Origin: an uncultured Candidatus Saccharibacteria bacterium | GTDB lineage: Bacteria > Patescibacteriota > Minisyncoccia > Phycocordibacterales > UBA9973 | Length of the DNA stretch: 64,000 nt | Assembly (NCBI GenBank): GCA_964496425.1 | Contig: CAZBZO010000001.1 | Location: forward strand, 7,265 to 71,264 | Direction: 5' to 3' | Part shown: positions 19,450 through 27,422 of the stretch, in pieces | Position numbering within the stretch: position 1 is the stretch's first letter | Layout of the letters: each line of letters opens with the position of its first letter | Program-made: the position numbers and the translations under genes | Notes under the pieces: generated by a model | What the model saw: the letters and a program-made list of their open reading frames with translations, nothing else | Databases searched by the model: none | Told to the model about the DNA's origin: nothing

Positions 19450-20130
19450 TTATGATATTACTTTAAAATCGTCTCGTTCAACCTTAAAAGAATAATCCTC
19501 TAAACTCCACAATTCTAAATCGAATTTATTTTTTTCAGGCAGAATTGTTACTTGAAACTGCTCGTTCCTTTCTATGGCTTTTTCTTCAACTTCTCTGCGT
19601 GATAGATTGATTTCACCTTCGCGATTTCTATTTATTCTTCTGTCTACTTCAACTTTAGAATCGCACATTACAAATATTCCATACATCTTTTCTTCTTTCT
19701 TAAGAAACACGGCACCCACTCCCTCGATAATTGTGATTGGAAATTTCGATTTCAATTCTTTCGATTCACCACTTTTGTTAGATACATAAAAACAATCTTC
19801 TCCATTCATTAAAGAGTGAATTACTTTCTCTAAGGAATTTAGATGATATGACTCTTTAAATACCCATGTGTGGTATCCAATTCTTCTGTTGCCTTGTGTA
19901 TCGATCCATTCTTTAGGAGTAGTTTTACGTATGGTGCTATCGACCATAAACTCATCCGTATCGATACAATTAGCCTCCAGACCTCGCGAATTGATTTCTT
20001 CCACTAGTTGTTTACTAAGAGTAGTTTTTCCGGATCCTCCGTTGCCAGATATAAAAATAAACTTGTATTTTCCCAAGCAAAAATCAATAACCTTTTTTGC
20101 AACCTGTTGGTCTGAATAAAATTGCGTCAT
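19450..20130 (-). CDS. P-loop NTPase (uridine kinase/nucleoside kinase-like)
   Basis: Walker A motif [15 protein letters not shown]. Confidence 0.6.
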   Translation of the reverse strand: MTQFYSDQQVAKKVIDFCLGKYKFIFISGNGGSGKTTLSKQLVEEINSRGLEANCIDTDEFMVDSTIRKTTPKEWIDTQGNRRIGYHTWVFKESYHLNSLEKVIHSLMNGEDCFYVSNKSGESKELKSKFPITIIEGVGAVFLKKEEKMYGIFVMCDSKVEVDRRINRNREGEINLSRREVEEKAIERNEQFQVTILPEKNKFDLELWSLEDYSFKVERDDFKVIS

Positions 20131-20192
20131 TTTTTTATTATATCAAATTGAGCGGGTGATCTGATGCGCCACCTGTCCCGTAGCAAGCGGCT

Positions 20193-20720
20193 TTACGCCT
20201 TGCTTCGGGATACCGCGAGTTTGATGATTTTTTCTAGCTCTTTTGTATTAATATCGGAAAGTTTATTGATATAAAGACATCCTCCTCCTTCTTTATACTT
20301 GCCCAATTTTAAGAGGAAATCGTTTTCTCCTTTCTTCTCTTTCAAGCCGCCGTGCGTCATGGTAAAAACTTTTAAGCCATAAAGTGCAATATTTTGCTTG
20401 CGTGGCGCAAAACCAATCACCATCCATTCCCCCGTTTTGCCATTTGCATATGTGTACGTTCTGCGACCGAAGCCGACAATACCTCTGCCACCTATAAGTT
20501 GCTCCTGCAACTTTAGTCGGCCCCGGCTCGAGTCCGTCGACTCTCCGCCCTTGCGACGAGGGATAACCCTCGTCTCACCCCACATTTCGGGCTTTGCGCG
20601 AGTTGCTTTCTCCATAATGAGAGATATGGCGGTGCAATCCTTGCGCTTCTCCGCGTCTTTGATCGTGCTTAAAAATTTCTTTACGCTCGCCTTACTTACT
20701 TTTGTTTTTAGTTCGGGCAT
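20193..20720 (-). CDS. DUF1801 family protein carrying a ~30-aa in-frame GC-rich insertion
   Basis: Family consensus ...PEMWGPSIVGFG...GFSPRK...LGKHK.GKGCLYIK. Here, MWG and IVGFG are separated by ETRVIPRRKGGESTDSSRGRLKLQEQLIGGRG. Confidence 0.65.
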   Translation of the reverse strand: MPELKTKVSKASVKKFLSTIKDAEKRKDCTAISLIMEKATRAKPEMWGETRVIPRRKGGESTDSSRGRLKLQEQLIGGRGIVGFGRRTYTYANGKTGEWMVIGFAPRKQNIALYGLKVFTMTHGGLKEKKGENDFLLKLGKYKEGGGCLYINKLSDINTKELEKIIKLAVSRSKA

Positions 20721-20722
20721 AT

Positions 20723-21205
20723 TTACCCCTGTCGTGCTCTATCAATAGCAGCCACGTCTATTTTTTTCATAGTCATCATCGCACCGAATGCGCGCTCGGC
20801 TTCTTCGCCGCCGAGAGCCATGGCTTCCGTCAGCGTGCGTGGCGTGATTTGCCATGATATTCCCCAGCGATCCTTGCACCATCCGCACTCACTTTCTACA
20901 CCACCATTGCCAACGATAGCGTTCCAATAGCTATCCGTTTCTTCCTGAGTGTCCGTGGCGATCTGAAAGGAAAATGCTTCATTATGCTTGAATACTGGTC
21001 CCCCATTGAGACCGATACAGGGAATTCCACACACAGTGAACTCTACCGTGAGCACGTCCCCTTTCTTGCCGCCCGGAAAATCACCGGGCGCATGAAAAAC
21101 ACCCGTTACTTTGCTATCGGGAAACGTAGCAGCGTAAAAATTAGCTGCGGCTTCTGCATCTTTATCAAACCAGAGACAAATTGTGTTTTTTGGTATGGTG
21201 TTCAT
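20723..21205 (-). CDS. VOC family protein (PhnB / 3-demethylubiquinone-9 3-methyltransferase-like glyoxalase fold)
   Basis: ICLWFDKDAEAAANFY...GWCKDRWGISWQI. Confidence 0.8.
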   Translation of the reverse strand: MNTIPKNTICLWFDKDAEAAANFYAATFPDSKVTGVFHAPGDFPGGKKGDVLTVEFTVCGIPCIGLNGGPVFKHNEAFSFQIATDTQEETDSYWNAIVGNGGVESECGWCKDRWGISWQITPRTLTEAMALGGEEAERAFGAMMTMKKIDVAAIDRARQG

Positions 21206-21274
21206 CTGTCTATTTTACAACGCTTCTGGGCAATTTACTAAATTAGTTTTGACCAAAATAGTAACTGACCCGGT

Positions 21275-21312
21275 TTTTTAGCATTGACAGAATGCTAAAA
21301 AGATGATATAAT
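21275..21312 (+). promoter_or_regulatory. Consensus sigma70 promoter (TTGACA-17-TATAAT) embedded in an 11-bp inverted repeat
   Basis: TTGACA at 21284-21289 and TATAAT at 21307-21312. The inverted-repeat arms TTTTTAGCATT (21275-21285) and AATGCTAAAAA (21291-21301) straddle the -35 box. Confidence 0.55.
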
Positions 21313-21352
21313 ATAATGAAAGGTTAGGAATAGCCTAGGGTTTAAAAGGTTT

Positions 21353-21649
21353 TTGAATCTTGAGCTATTCCTAACTAAAAATTCTTTAAATATGAGAGAG
21401 ATTTTCCACCGAATCTATACCCGTCCAAGCTGGGCGATTGGATTTGTACTTTTCCTATTTCTTTTGATCACATTTGTATGGTCAGTAGCGGATTATCAAG
21501 GATTCGTTATGGCTGTTAACAGATGGACTGAGGCAATGTACGTGCTTATTCTACATCTCGGAGCTTTGCTTTTTATAGGATTCTTAATAAAAAAGCTTCT
21601 GTGGGATAGTGCTTTCGGTTCCACAAAAAAGAAAAAAGGGCACTCTTAA
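21353..21649 (+). CDS. Hypothetical small membrane protein
   Basis: Two TM helices. An alternative start is MREIFH at 21393. Confidence 0.45.
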   Translation: MNLELFLTKNSLNMREIFHRIYTRPSWAIGFVLFLFLLITFVWSVADYQGFVMAVNRWTEAMYVLILHLGALLFIGFLIKKLLWDSAFGSTKKKKGHS

Positions 21650-21671
21650 GATTACTGGCACAAGCCAGAAA

Positions 21672-21706
21672 AGTCGACCAACAACAACTTGGCCGACTTT
21701 TTTTAT
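21672..21706 (+). terminator. Rho-independent terminator
   Basis: Hairpin AGTCGACCAA-caacaac-TTGGCCGACT followed by TTTTTTT. Confidence 0.6.
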
Positions 21707-21807
21707 TTATTTTTACCATTTCGGTATCAGAAATATTATTTCTCAAAACAACGTAACATATTCCCCTTTTTAGTCTTTGCACTGCACTGACATGAAGCAA
21801 AAAATAT

Positions 21808-21847
21808 TTAAGCAAGAACGGTTTCTTACCTATCATGCTTACCACAA
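21808..21847. repeat. Dispersed repeat copy C (TTAAGCAAGAACGGTTTCTTACC + ATCATGCTTACCAC tail)
   Basis: Read directly. It lies downstream of the NUDIX gene. Confidence 0.7.
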
Positions 21848-21874
21848 ATTAGGTCTGATTTAAATACAACAGCT

Positions 21875-22420
21875 TTATTTAGTAATAGTATTTTTAATCT
21901 TTAACAAAGCGACACAACTTGCTCCGTGAGTAATTTCACTCTTCATCACCATTTCTAATGCTGTATCATACGGCATCTTAATTATTTTAATTGTTTCTGT
22001 TCCTTCTTGTTCTGATTCTCCTTTAGTTAATTCCTCTGCAAGATATATGTGATTGGGAGATACTAGGATACTGGTAAAAGGATCAACTACTCCGAGATAC
22101 GTCCATTTCTTTGCGACAAAACCTGTCTCTTCTTTCAATTCTCGTTGTGCTGCTTGTAATGCATCCTCTCCTTCATCAATCCCTCCGCTAATAGCTTCTA
22201 TGGTTATTCTCTCTACTGCGTAATGATATTCTTGAGTCAAATATACGTTTCCTTCAGCATCAAGTGGAATTACTGAAACACCACTTTTTTGCTCAACCAC
22301 TCCGAAGATCCCGTCTTTACCGTCAGGTCTAATTACTTTATCTTCTCGGACTTTAATCCAAGGATTTTGATACACGACCTTCGTATCAGTAATGGTCCAA
22401 GGTCCTTTTTTATTATTCAT
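21875..22420 (-). CDS. NUDIX hydrolase (ADP-ribose pyrophosphatase-like)
   Basis: Nudix box GGIDEGEDALQAAQRELKEETG. Confidence 0.88.
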   Translation of the reverse strand: MNNKKGPWTITDTKVVYQNPWIKVREDKVIRPDGKDGIFGVVEQKSGVSVIPLDAEGNVYLTQEYHYAVERITIEAISGGIDEGEDALQAAQRELKEETGFVAKKWTYLGVVDPFTSILVSPNHIYLAEELTKGESEQEGTETIKIIKMPYDTALEMVMKSEITHGASCVALLKIKNTITK

Positions 22421-22470
22421 AGGCTCAGCCTAACATACTCTTACAAAAATCAAAGAGATTTTGTTTTTAA

Positions 22471-22495
22471 AATACGCAAGGACGGTCCTTGCGTA
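22471..22495. repeat. Dispersed repeat copy D, perfect palindrome ATACGCAAGGACGGTCCTTGCGTAT
   Basis: Read directly. Confidence 0.75.
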
Positions 22496-22534
22496 TCACA
22501 CTAGCTAGTCATATGGCGTAAAACTGGAACTTTG

Positions 22535-22584
22535 CTTAAGCAAGGACGGTCATTGCTTATCATACTTACCATTCTTGCCTACCA
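22535..22584. repeat. Dispersed repeat copy E (CTTAAGCAAGGACGGTCATTGCTTA + ATCATACTTACCA... tail)
   Basis: Read directly. It has the same 3' tail as copy C. Confidence 0.7.
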
Positions 22585-22591
22585 CGAGCAG

Positions 22592-22843
22592 TTAATTGTT
22601 ATATGGATCAAGTGTTATTTTATTATTTACTTTTATCCCCGTTACTTCAATTATTCTGGAAGTAATTCCATGTAAATCATTTACTCGTTTTTTACTTAAA
22701 TCAATACTGTATTGATGTGAATAGATAATATCAGAATTAAGAGCAACCTGTTCTTTAAGTTTTGCTATTTGGTAAAAGAGATAACCAATGACTACTATAA
22801 GTATAACAATGATCAAACTTTGTAATTTTTGTATTTTATTCAT
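22592..22843 (-). CDS. Hypothetical small membrane-anchored protein (AT-rich)
   Basis: N-terminal TM helix. Local AT-richness is higher than the flanking regions. Confidence 0.4.
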   Translation of the reverse strand: MNKIQKLQSLIIVILIVVIGYLFYQIAKLKEQVALNSDIIYSHQYSIDLSKKRVNDLHGITSRIIEVTGIKVNNKITLDPYNN

Positions 22844-22912
22844 ACTAATAATTCGATTACTATTTTTTATACTTTTATCTTAACAATTCTACGGCCTTTG
22901 AGCACCTGTAAT

Positions 22913-23635
22913 TTACACCTTAAAATTAAAACTGCTTTTAATTTTTTCTTTGCTGTCATTTATTTTAGTAATAATATTATCTCTCATTTTTAATGTTAAA
23001 TCATGAACCTCTTTATTAATTTCTTCTGTTTCTAAAATATAAGTATCAATACTATCCAATCTTTCGTTTGTAAATGCAGTACCGTCTTGGATTAATTTAA
23101 TATTGGCTTGATAATTTAGCACTATGTTTAAATTATATGTTGCTATTTTATTTATCTTATCTTGTAAAGTGTTCCAGCTTTCACCTTCTTCACTAAAATA
23201 TGTATCAATGTAAGAACCTATTAGTTCTATACCATCATCTATATCTCTTTTTGACAAACTGTCGTTGCTATCAGTATAGAGCTCTTTATTTGTAATAGCT
23301 TTTTTGTGCTCCTTAAGCGTTATTAATATAATCTCACTTTTTTGTTTAAAAGTTAAAAGTTTACCAATAACACTTAATCCTTTATCTTCAATTGATCTAA
23401 TTAAAGCCATATTATAATTAAATCGTTTATCGTATGAACTTTGTATCAAGCTTAATATAAGGGCTAAGATAGTAAAAATACCAATTATAAAATTAGGATC
23501 AATATTTGATTTTAATAGGTAGCATCTAAAATCTTCATTAGTAACATATACAATGAAAGTTCCAAAAACTACTATTAATAGAATTCGTAGAGTATTATCT
23601 GAAACAATTTTTAATATTTTTTTAATTTTATCCAT
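22913..23635 (-). CDS. Hypothetical membrane protein (2 TM + helical cytoplasmic domain), AT-rich
   Basis: 240 aa with no recognisable motif. Composition is distinct from its neighbours. Confidence 0.5.
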   Translation of the reverse strand: MDKIKKILKIVSDNTLRILLIVVFGTFIVYVTNEDFRCYLLKSNIDPNFIIGIFTILALILSLIQSSYDKRFNYNMALIRSIEDKGLSVIGKLLTFKQKSEIILITLKEHKKAITNKELYTDSNDSLSKRDIDDGIELIGSYIDTYFSEEGESWNTLQDKINKIATYNLNIVLNYQANIKLIQDGTAFTNERLDSIDTYILETEEINKEVHDLTLKMRDNIITKINDSKEKIKSSFNFKV

Positions 23636-23660
23636 AACTATCTTTGAGCTAGCTCATGTT

Positions 23661-23705
23661 GGCTGAGAGACTTGGACCCGCCTGCGGCAAAGGCAGGCTC
23701 GAACC
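23661..23705 (-). other. Degenerate partial copy of tRNA-Gln 3' end (T-arm/acceptor) interrupted by a GC-rich hairpin
   Basis: GAGACTTGGAC...CTCGAACC matches tRNA-Gln 23791-23809. The hairpin GCCTGCGGCAAAGGCAGGC is inserted at 23680-23698. Confidence 0.5.
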
Positions 23706-23787
23706 CCGCCCGAACGACTCTGATTGTTCAGTCGGGCGGGCAAGATACACAGATCCAGAATCCTTATTGCTGATTTTCTAAGAAAAG

Positions 23788-23858
23788 CTGGGAGACTTGG
23801 ACTCGAACCAAGATAATATCCTTCAGAGGGATACGTCCTACCATTAGACGATCTCCCA
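23788..23858 (-). tRNA. tRNA-Gln (anticodon CUG)
   Basis: Hand-folded cloverleaf. Acceptor TGGGAGA/TCTCCCA has a U1:A72 pair. D-stem is GTCT/GGAC. Anticodon stem TATCC/GGATA with loop CTCTGAA. T-arm is CTTGG-TTCGAGT-CCAAG. Discriminator is G and CCA is not encoded. Confidence 0.8.
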
Positions 23859-23927
23859 GCTCTTCTTACAAAATAACAGCAATTTCTTGTAGAACCAGAT
23901 AAAAATAAAAGTACATTTATTTTTATT

Positions 23928-23957
23928 CCTACCATTAGACCTGCCTGCGCAGGCAGG
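23928..23957. repeat. 13-bp copy of tRNA-Gln D-arm segment (CCTACCATTAGAC) fused to an 18-bp perfect GC-rich palindrome CCTGCCTGCGCAGGCAGG
   Basis: Read directly. The D-arm segment is also found at 23838-23850 inside the tRNA. Confidence 0.6.
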
Positions 23958-24031
23958 CGATCCCGCAATAAAACACTTGTATCCTAACATGAAAACACCA
24001 AAAAACAACCTGATTATGCTACACTTTTTGT

Positions 24032-24547
24032 ATGAATCCTGAAATAAAAATACTAGAAGTTACAGAATGGCAGGCATATAAAGCCATTCGCTTGAAAGGT
24101 CTCCAAACTGATCCAACTGCCTTTGGACGTTCATATGAAGAAGAAGTGTTGCATGACGATGCTCGTTGGCAAAAGAAATTATCTGATCCAGACTTCCCTG
24201 TCTACGTAACAAAAATAGATGGAAGAATAGTTGCCACCGCAATGGTGAAGTTTGAAGTCGGCGATCGAATCGGACATATGGCTACGATAAAAGGCGTCTA
24301 CACCGATCCTGAGTTTCGCAATCGAGGCTTAAGTACCACACTTCTCAAAAAAATACTTTCGGATCTCCATGACAATCAGAAAACTATCAAAGTCCGTCTC
24401 TCCGTCAATGATTCTCAAGTCGCGGCAAAAAAGATGTATGAAAATCTTGGGTTTGAAACTGTGGGACTTGAGAAAAAGGAAGTGAAGATCGGCACTACGT
24501 ATCTCGACCAAACTCATATGGAGCTCATATTTGAAGACAAGCTCTAA
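24032..24547 (+). CDS. GNAT family N-acetyltransferase
   Basis: Acetyl-CoA-binding motif region EFRNRGLSTTLLKKIL...YENLGFE. Confidence 0.85.
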   Translation: MNPEIKILEVTEWQAYKAIRLKGLQTDPTAFGRSYEEEVLHDDARWQKKLSDPDFPVYVTKIDGRIVATAMVKFEVGDRIGHMATIKGVYTDPEFRNRGLSTTLLKKILSDLHDNQKTIKVRLSVNDSQVAAKKMYENLGFETVGLEKKEVKIGTTYLDQTHMELIFEDKL

Positions 24548-24951
24548 TCATCATCCTCTCCTTCATCTTCATCCTCACTTTCATGTTCTCCATCATCATT
24601 ATCGTTGTTATCATCGTCTCCAAATTGCTCACTTTCAGGCGGAGAAACAGTTTCAACAACTGGTGCTAGCGGAGCCGGCGGGATTATCGGAAGAACTATT
24701 GGTGCGGGTGGTATGGTTGGTGTGCTCGAGGAAACCTTCGTCGTCGGCACCACTGGCAGAGTATCTCCGACCGAGGCTGTGAGACCTGAGGTGATGCTCT
24801 CAGTATTAAATGAAGTAGGTGTTTGTGGTGCCTGAGCGACAGTATCTTGGCTTACTGAAGAACCAATCGGATCCGCAGTTTTGATAGTGGCATAAGTGAC
24901 AAAACCAATGAAAGCTAAAGTACCGGCAATAGGTATAATGTATTTTTTCAT
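24544..24951 (-). CDS. Hypothetical membrane-anchored Pro/Thr-rich protein with acidic C-terminus
   Basis: N-terminal TM helix, a PAPIVLPIIPPAPLAP stretch, and a C-terminal EDEDEGEDDD tail. Confidence 0.5.
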   Translation of the reverse strand: MKKYIIPIAGTLAFIGFVTYATIKTADPIGSSVSQDTVAQAPQTPTSFNTESITSGLTASVGDTLPVVPTTKVSSSTPTIPPAPIVLPIIPPAPLAPVVETVSPPESEQFGDDDNNDNDDGEHESEDEDEGEDDD

Positions 24952-24984
24952 ACTATTTTTTATATACGTTTTTAATTTTTAATA

Positions 24985-25464
24985 CTAACTCGCATTCGAC
25001 TTCCGACTCGGCTTTACGACCGGTGGCTTGGCAGGCGTTTGCGCCTGAGCAGCGGCTTGGGCCAGAGCTTGGGCCGCTGCGGCCGCTTGCTGTGCGGCTA
25101 AGGCTTGGGCTTGGGCTTGTTGAACCGCCAACGCTTGAGCGGCAGCTTGTTGAGCAGCCGTGGCTGCGACTTGCTTTTGCGTAGCGACAATTCCGGCGGC
25201 TTTGGCTAGAGCAACATTTTCTGCGCGAAGCTCTTCTAGTGCGGCTTTCTGCGAATCGATAAACGCTTGTTGTACCGAGAGCTCGCTTGCGAAGCTAGCT
25301 TCCAGTTCTGTGATCTCTTGATTCTTCCCTTGTTGAAACGCTTCATACTGGGCAGCCAAAAGATACTCATAATGATTTTTGAAGCGATAGACACCTGCTC
25401 CGCCTGAGGCAGCCAAGAGCACAAATCCAAACGCCAATATGATATTTTTCAAATCGCTTTTCAT
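24985..25464 (-). CDS. Hypothetical membrane-anchored Ala/Gln-rich coiled-coil protein
   Basis: TM helix followed by AQQAAAQALAVQQAQAQALAAQQ repeats. Confidence 0.5.
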   Translation of the reverse strand: MKSDLKNIILAFGFVLLAASGGAGVYRFKNHYEYLLAAQYEAFQQGKNQEITELEASFASELSVQQAFIDSQKAALEELRAENVALAKAAGIVATQKQVAATAAQQAAAQALAVQQAQAQALAAQQAAAAAQALAQAAAQAQTPAKPPVVKPSRKSNAS

Positions 25465-25482
25465 ATTTTTTTCTCTTAGTCT

Positions 25483-25653
25483 CTAGTCTAATTTTTGCCA
25501 CATATGCGTATCGCTTTTACGCACATCACACTCAGCACACTTAAAATCCATGGGGAGCGCTTCCCACTTGGTGCCAGGCGGAATGCCCCGCTCGGGGAGT
25601 CCTTTGGCTTCATCGTATATCCATCCGCAATCTAAACAAATGTATTGAGACAT
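25483..25653 (-). CDS. Rubredoxin (56 aa), missed by the ORF track
   Basis: Translates to MSQYICLDCGWIYDEAKGLPERGIPPGTKWEALPMDFKCAECDVRKSDTHMWQKLD. It has two CxxCG knuckles and the YDE and GT.W motifs. Confidence 0.85.
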   Translation of the reverse strand: MSQYICLDCGWIYDEAKGLPERGIPPGTKWEALPMDFKCAECDVRKSDTHMWQKLD

Positions 25654-25727
25654 AAATGTATTATCTATATTAATTGATAATACACAGAGTATAGAAAATG
25701 ATTATGAGTATCAGATGAATGAGAGAC

Positions 25728-26753
25728 TTATGCGAGAGGTAGTGTGACCGTGCATACGGTTCCCACCCCCACGGTACTATCAATATGAATACTGCCGCGA
25801 TGGGCATCGATGATTTCTTTGACGATAGCTAGGCCGAGTCCAGTACCAGAAGTACTGCGCGCTTGGTCGGCTTTGTAAAATCGCTCGAAAATATGCGGCA
25901 AGGCGTCGGAAGCAATACCGCTGCCGGTATCTGTAATCGAAAGACGAGCCTGGTTTTGTATTTTTGTAAGTCTGACAGTCACTGATCCACCTTGATGATT
26001 GTAGTCAATGGCATTTTTAATGAGATTGACTAAGAGCCGCACCAAATCTTCCGGAATACCGAAGACACGGATATCTGGATCTATCTCGTTTACTAAAGCG
26101 ACTCCTTGGAGATCAGCATACGCGCCCATCATGGCCAATTGTTTTTGACAGAGTTCCGAGAAAGCGACTGGCGTGTGAGTCGTGGCCGGTGTATTTCGTG
26201 TACGCGCCAAAAAAAGCAAATCATTGGAGAGTGTGGTCAGACGCTTTGTTTCTCCGAGCGTCGTTTCGATAAAGGCTCGATACTCTTCCGGACTCCGGGC
26301 TTTGCTTAACATCACTTCCCCACCAGCCGTCATGACGGCCAGTGGCGTGCGAAGTTCATGAGCTGCATCGGCAACAAACCGAGCTTGCTTCCGATATGAA
26401 TCTTCAAGCGGAGTGAGGGTACGCCGAGAAAGTGCGTATGCTACCACCACTGTCAGGATAAGAATCAACATATCAGCAATGAGTAAAATCCGCGCCAGAT
26501 CGCTTTCGATCTCTTCGATTACCGACTCCCCGAGCTCTTCAGATTGTTCGTGAGCCACATGCGCTGCGCCACTTTCATCTTCGCCAGAGCGAATGCTGGT
26601 GCCAAACATACCGTAGACGATCAGATTGAAAACAACCAAAATAACGCATACCCCGAGCGTATAATAGACGGTCAGTAGTATGACAGCTCGTGCGAAATTA
26701 TTTTGATCGGAAGGTATAGCCGACACCGCGAATGGTTTTAATATATTTTTCAT
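25728..26753 (-). CDS. Sensor histidine kinase (2 TM, HisKA + HATPase_c)
   Basis: H-box AHELRTPL, plus N, G1 (DTGSGI) and G2 (GLGLAIV) boxes. Confidence 0.88.
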   Translation of the reverse strand: MKNILKPFAVSAIPSDQNNFARAVILLTVYYTLGVCVILVVFNLIVYGMFGTSIRSGEDESGAAHVAHEQSEELGESVIEEIESDLARILLIADMLILILTVVVAYALSRRTLTPLEDSYRKQARFVADAAHELRTPLAVMTAGGEVMLSKARSPEEYRAFIETTLGETKRLTTLSNDLLFLARTRNTPATTHTPVAFSELCQKQLAMMGAYADLQGVALVNEIDPDIRVFGIPEDLVRLLVNLIKNAIDYNHQGGSVTVRLTKIQNQARLSITDTGSGIASDALPHIFERFYKADQARSTSGTGLGLAIVKEIIDAHRGSIHIDSTVGVGTVCTVTLPLA

Positions 26754-27366
26754 TGGTATCTTTTAATTTTTTTCGTAGCTGTTTGATATACACGTCGGTG
26801 ATGTTGCTGAAGGCACTATACGCAAAATCCCAACAATGTTCAAGGAGTGCTTCGCGAGTAATGACATTGTCGGCATTGCGCATCAAGTATTCCAAGATCG
26901 CATACTCTTTAAGTGTCAGTGGAATGATCTTGCCTTTGTGAGTCACGCGATGCGTACCTGGCTCAAGCACAATATCCTGTAGCGAAAGTGTCGTAATCAC
27001 CCGCTCGTGCGGCCGGCGCAAGAGCGCTCGCACGCGAGCCAAAAGCTCTTTCATCTCAAACGGCTTTACCAAATAATCATCAGCCCCACTATCGAGACCA
27101 CTGATCTTATCGTCGAGCTCGCCTTTGGAAGTCATGAGGATGATCGGTAAAGTCACTTCATCATCACGCAAACTTTTACATACTGCAATACCGTCTTTTT
27201 TCGGCAGCATAATATCAAGCACCATCAAATCATAATTACCCGAGCGGGCCATACGCTCACCGGCTTCGCCATCAGCCACGGTGTCAACCGCATACCCATC
27301 TTCAGTAAGCATTTGCTTGGTATAGGTAGCGAGTTTTTCATTGTCCTCGACAATCAGTATCCTCAT
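26698..27366 (-). CDS. OmpR-family response regulator
   Basis: Receiver domain (DLMVLDIMLP, phospho-Asp) plus a winged-helix C-terminus (GVGYTF). Confidence 0.9.
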   Translation of the reverse strand: MRILIVEDNEKLATYTKQMLTEDGYAVDTVADGEAGERMARSGNYDLMVLDIMLPKKDGIAVCKSLRDDEVTLPIILMTSKGELDDKISGLDSGADDYLVKPFEMKELLARVRALLRRPHERVITTLSLQDIVLEPGTHRVTHKGKIIPLTLKEYAILEYLMRNADNVITREALLEHCWDFAYSAFSNITDVYIKQLRKKLKDTNEKYIKTIRGVGYTFRSK

Positions 27367-27422
27367 TTATACATGATACACCCATTCATCTTCTCTTCAT
27401 CTTTGTTTTCTACACTATAGGC

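Noticed and set aside
23655-23975. Idea that 23655-23975 is one large intron-containing or nested tRNA gene
   Set aside because: The outer fragments cannot be folded into a complementary acceptor stem. They are better explained as decayed duplications of the tRNA-Gln ends.
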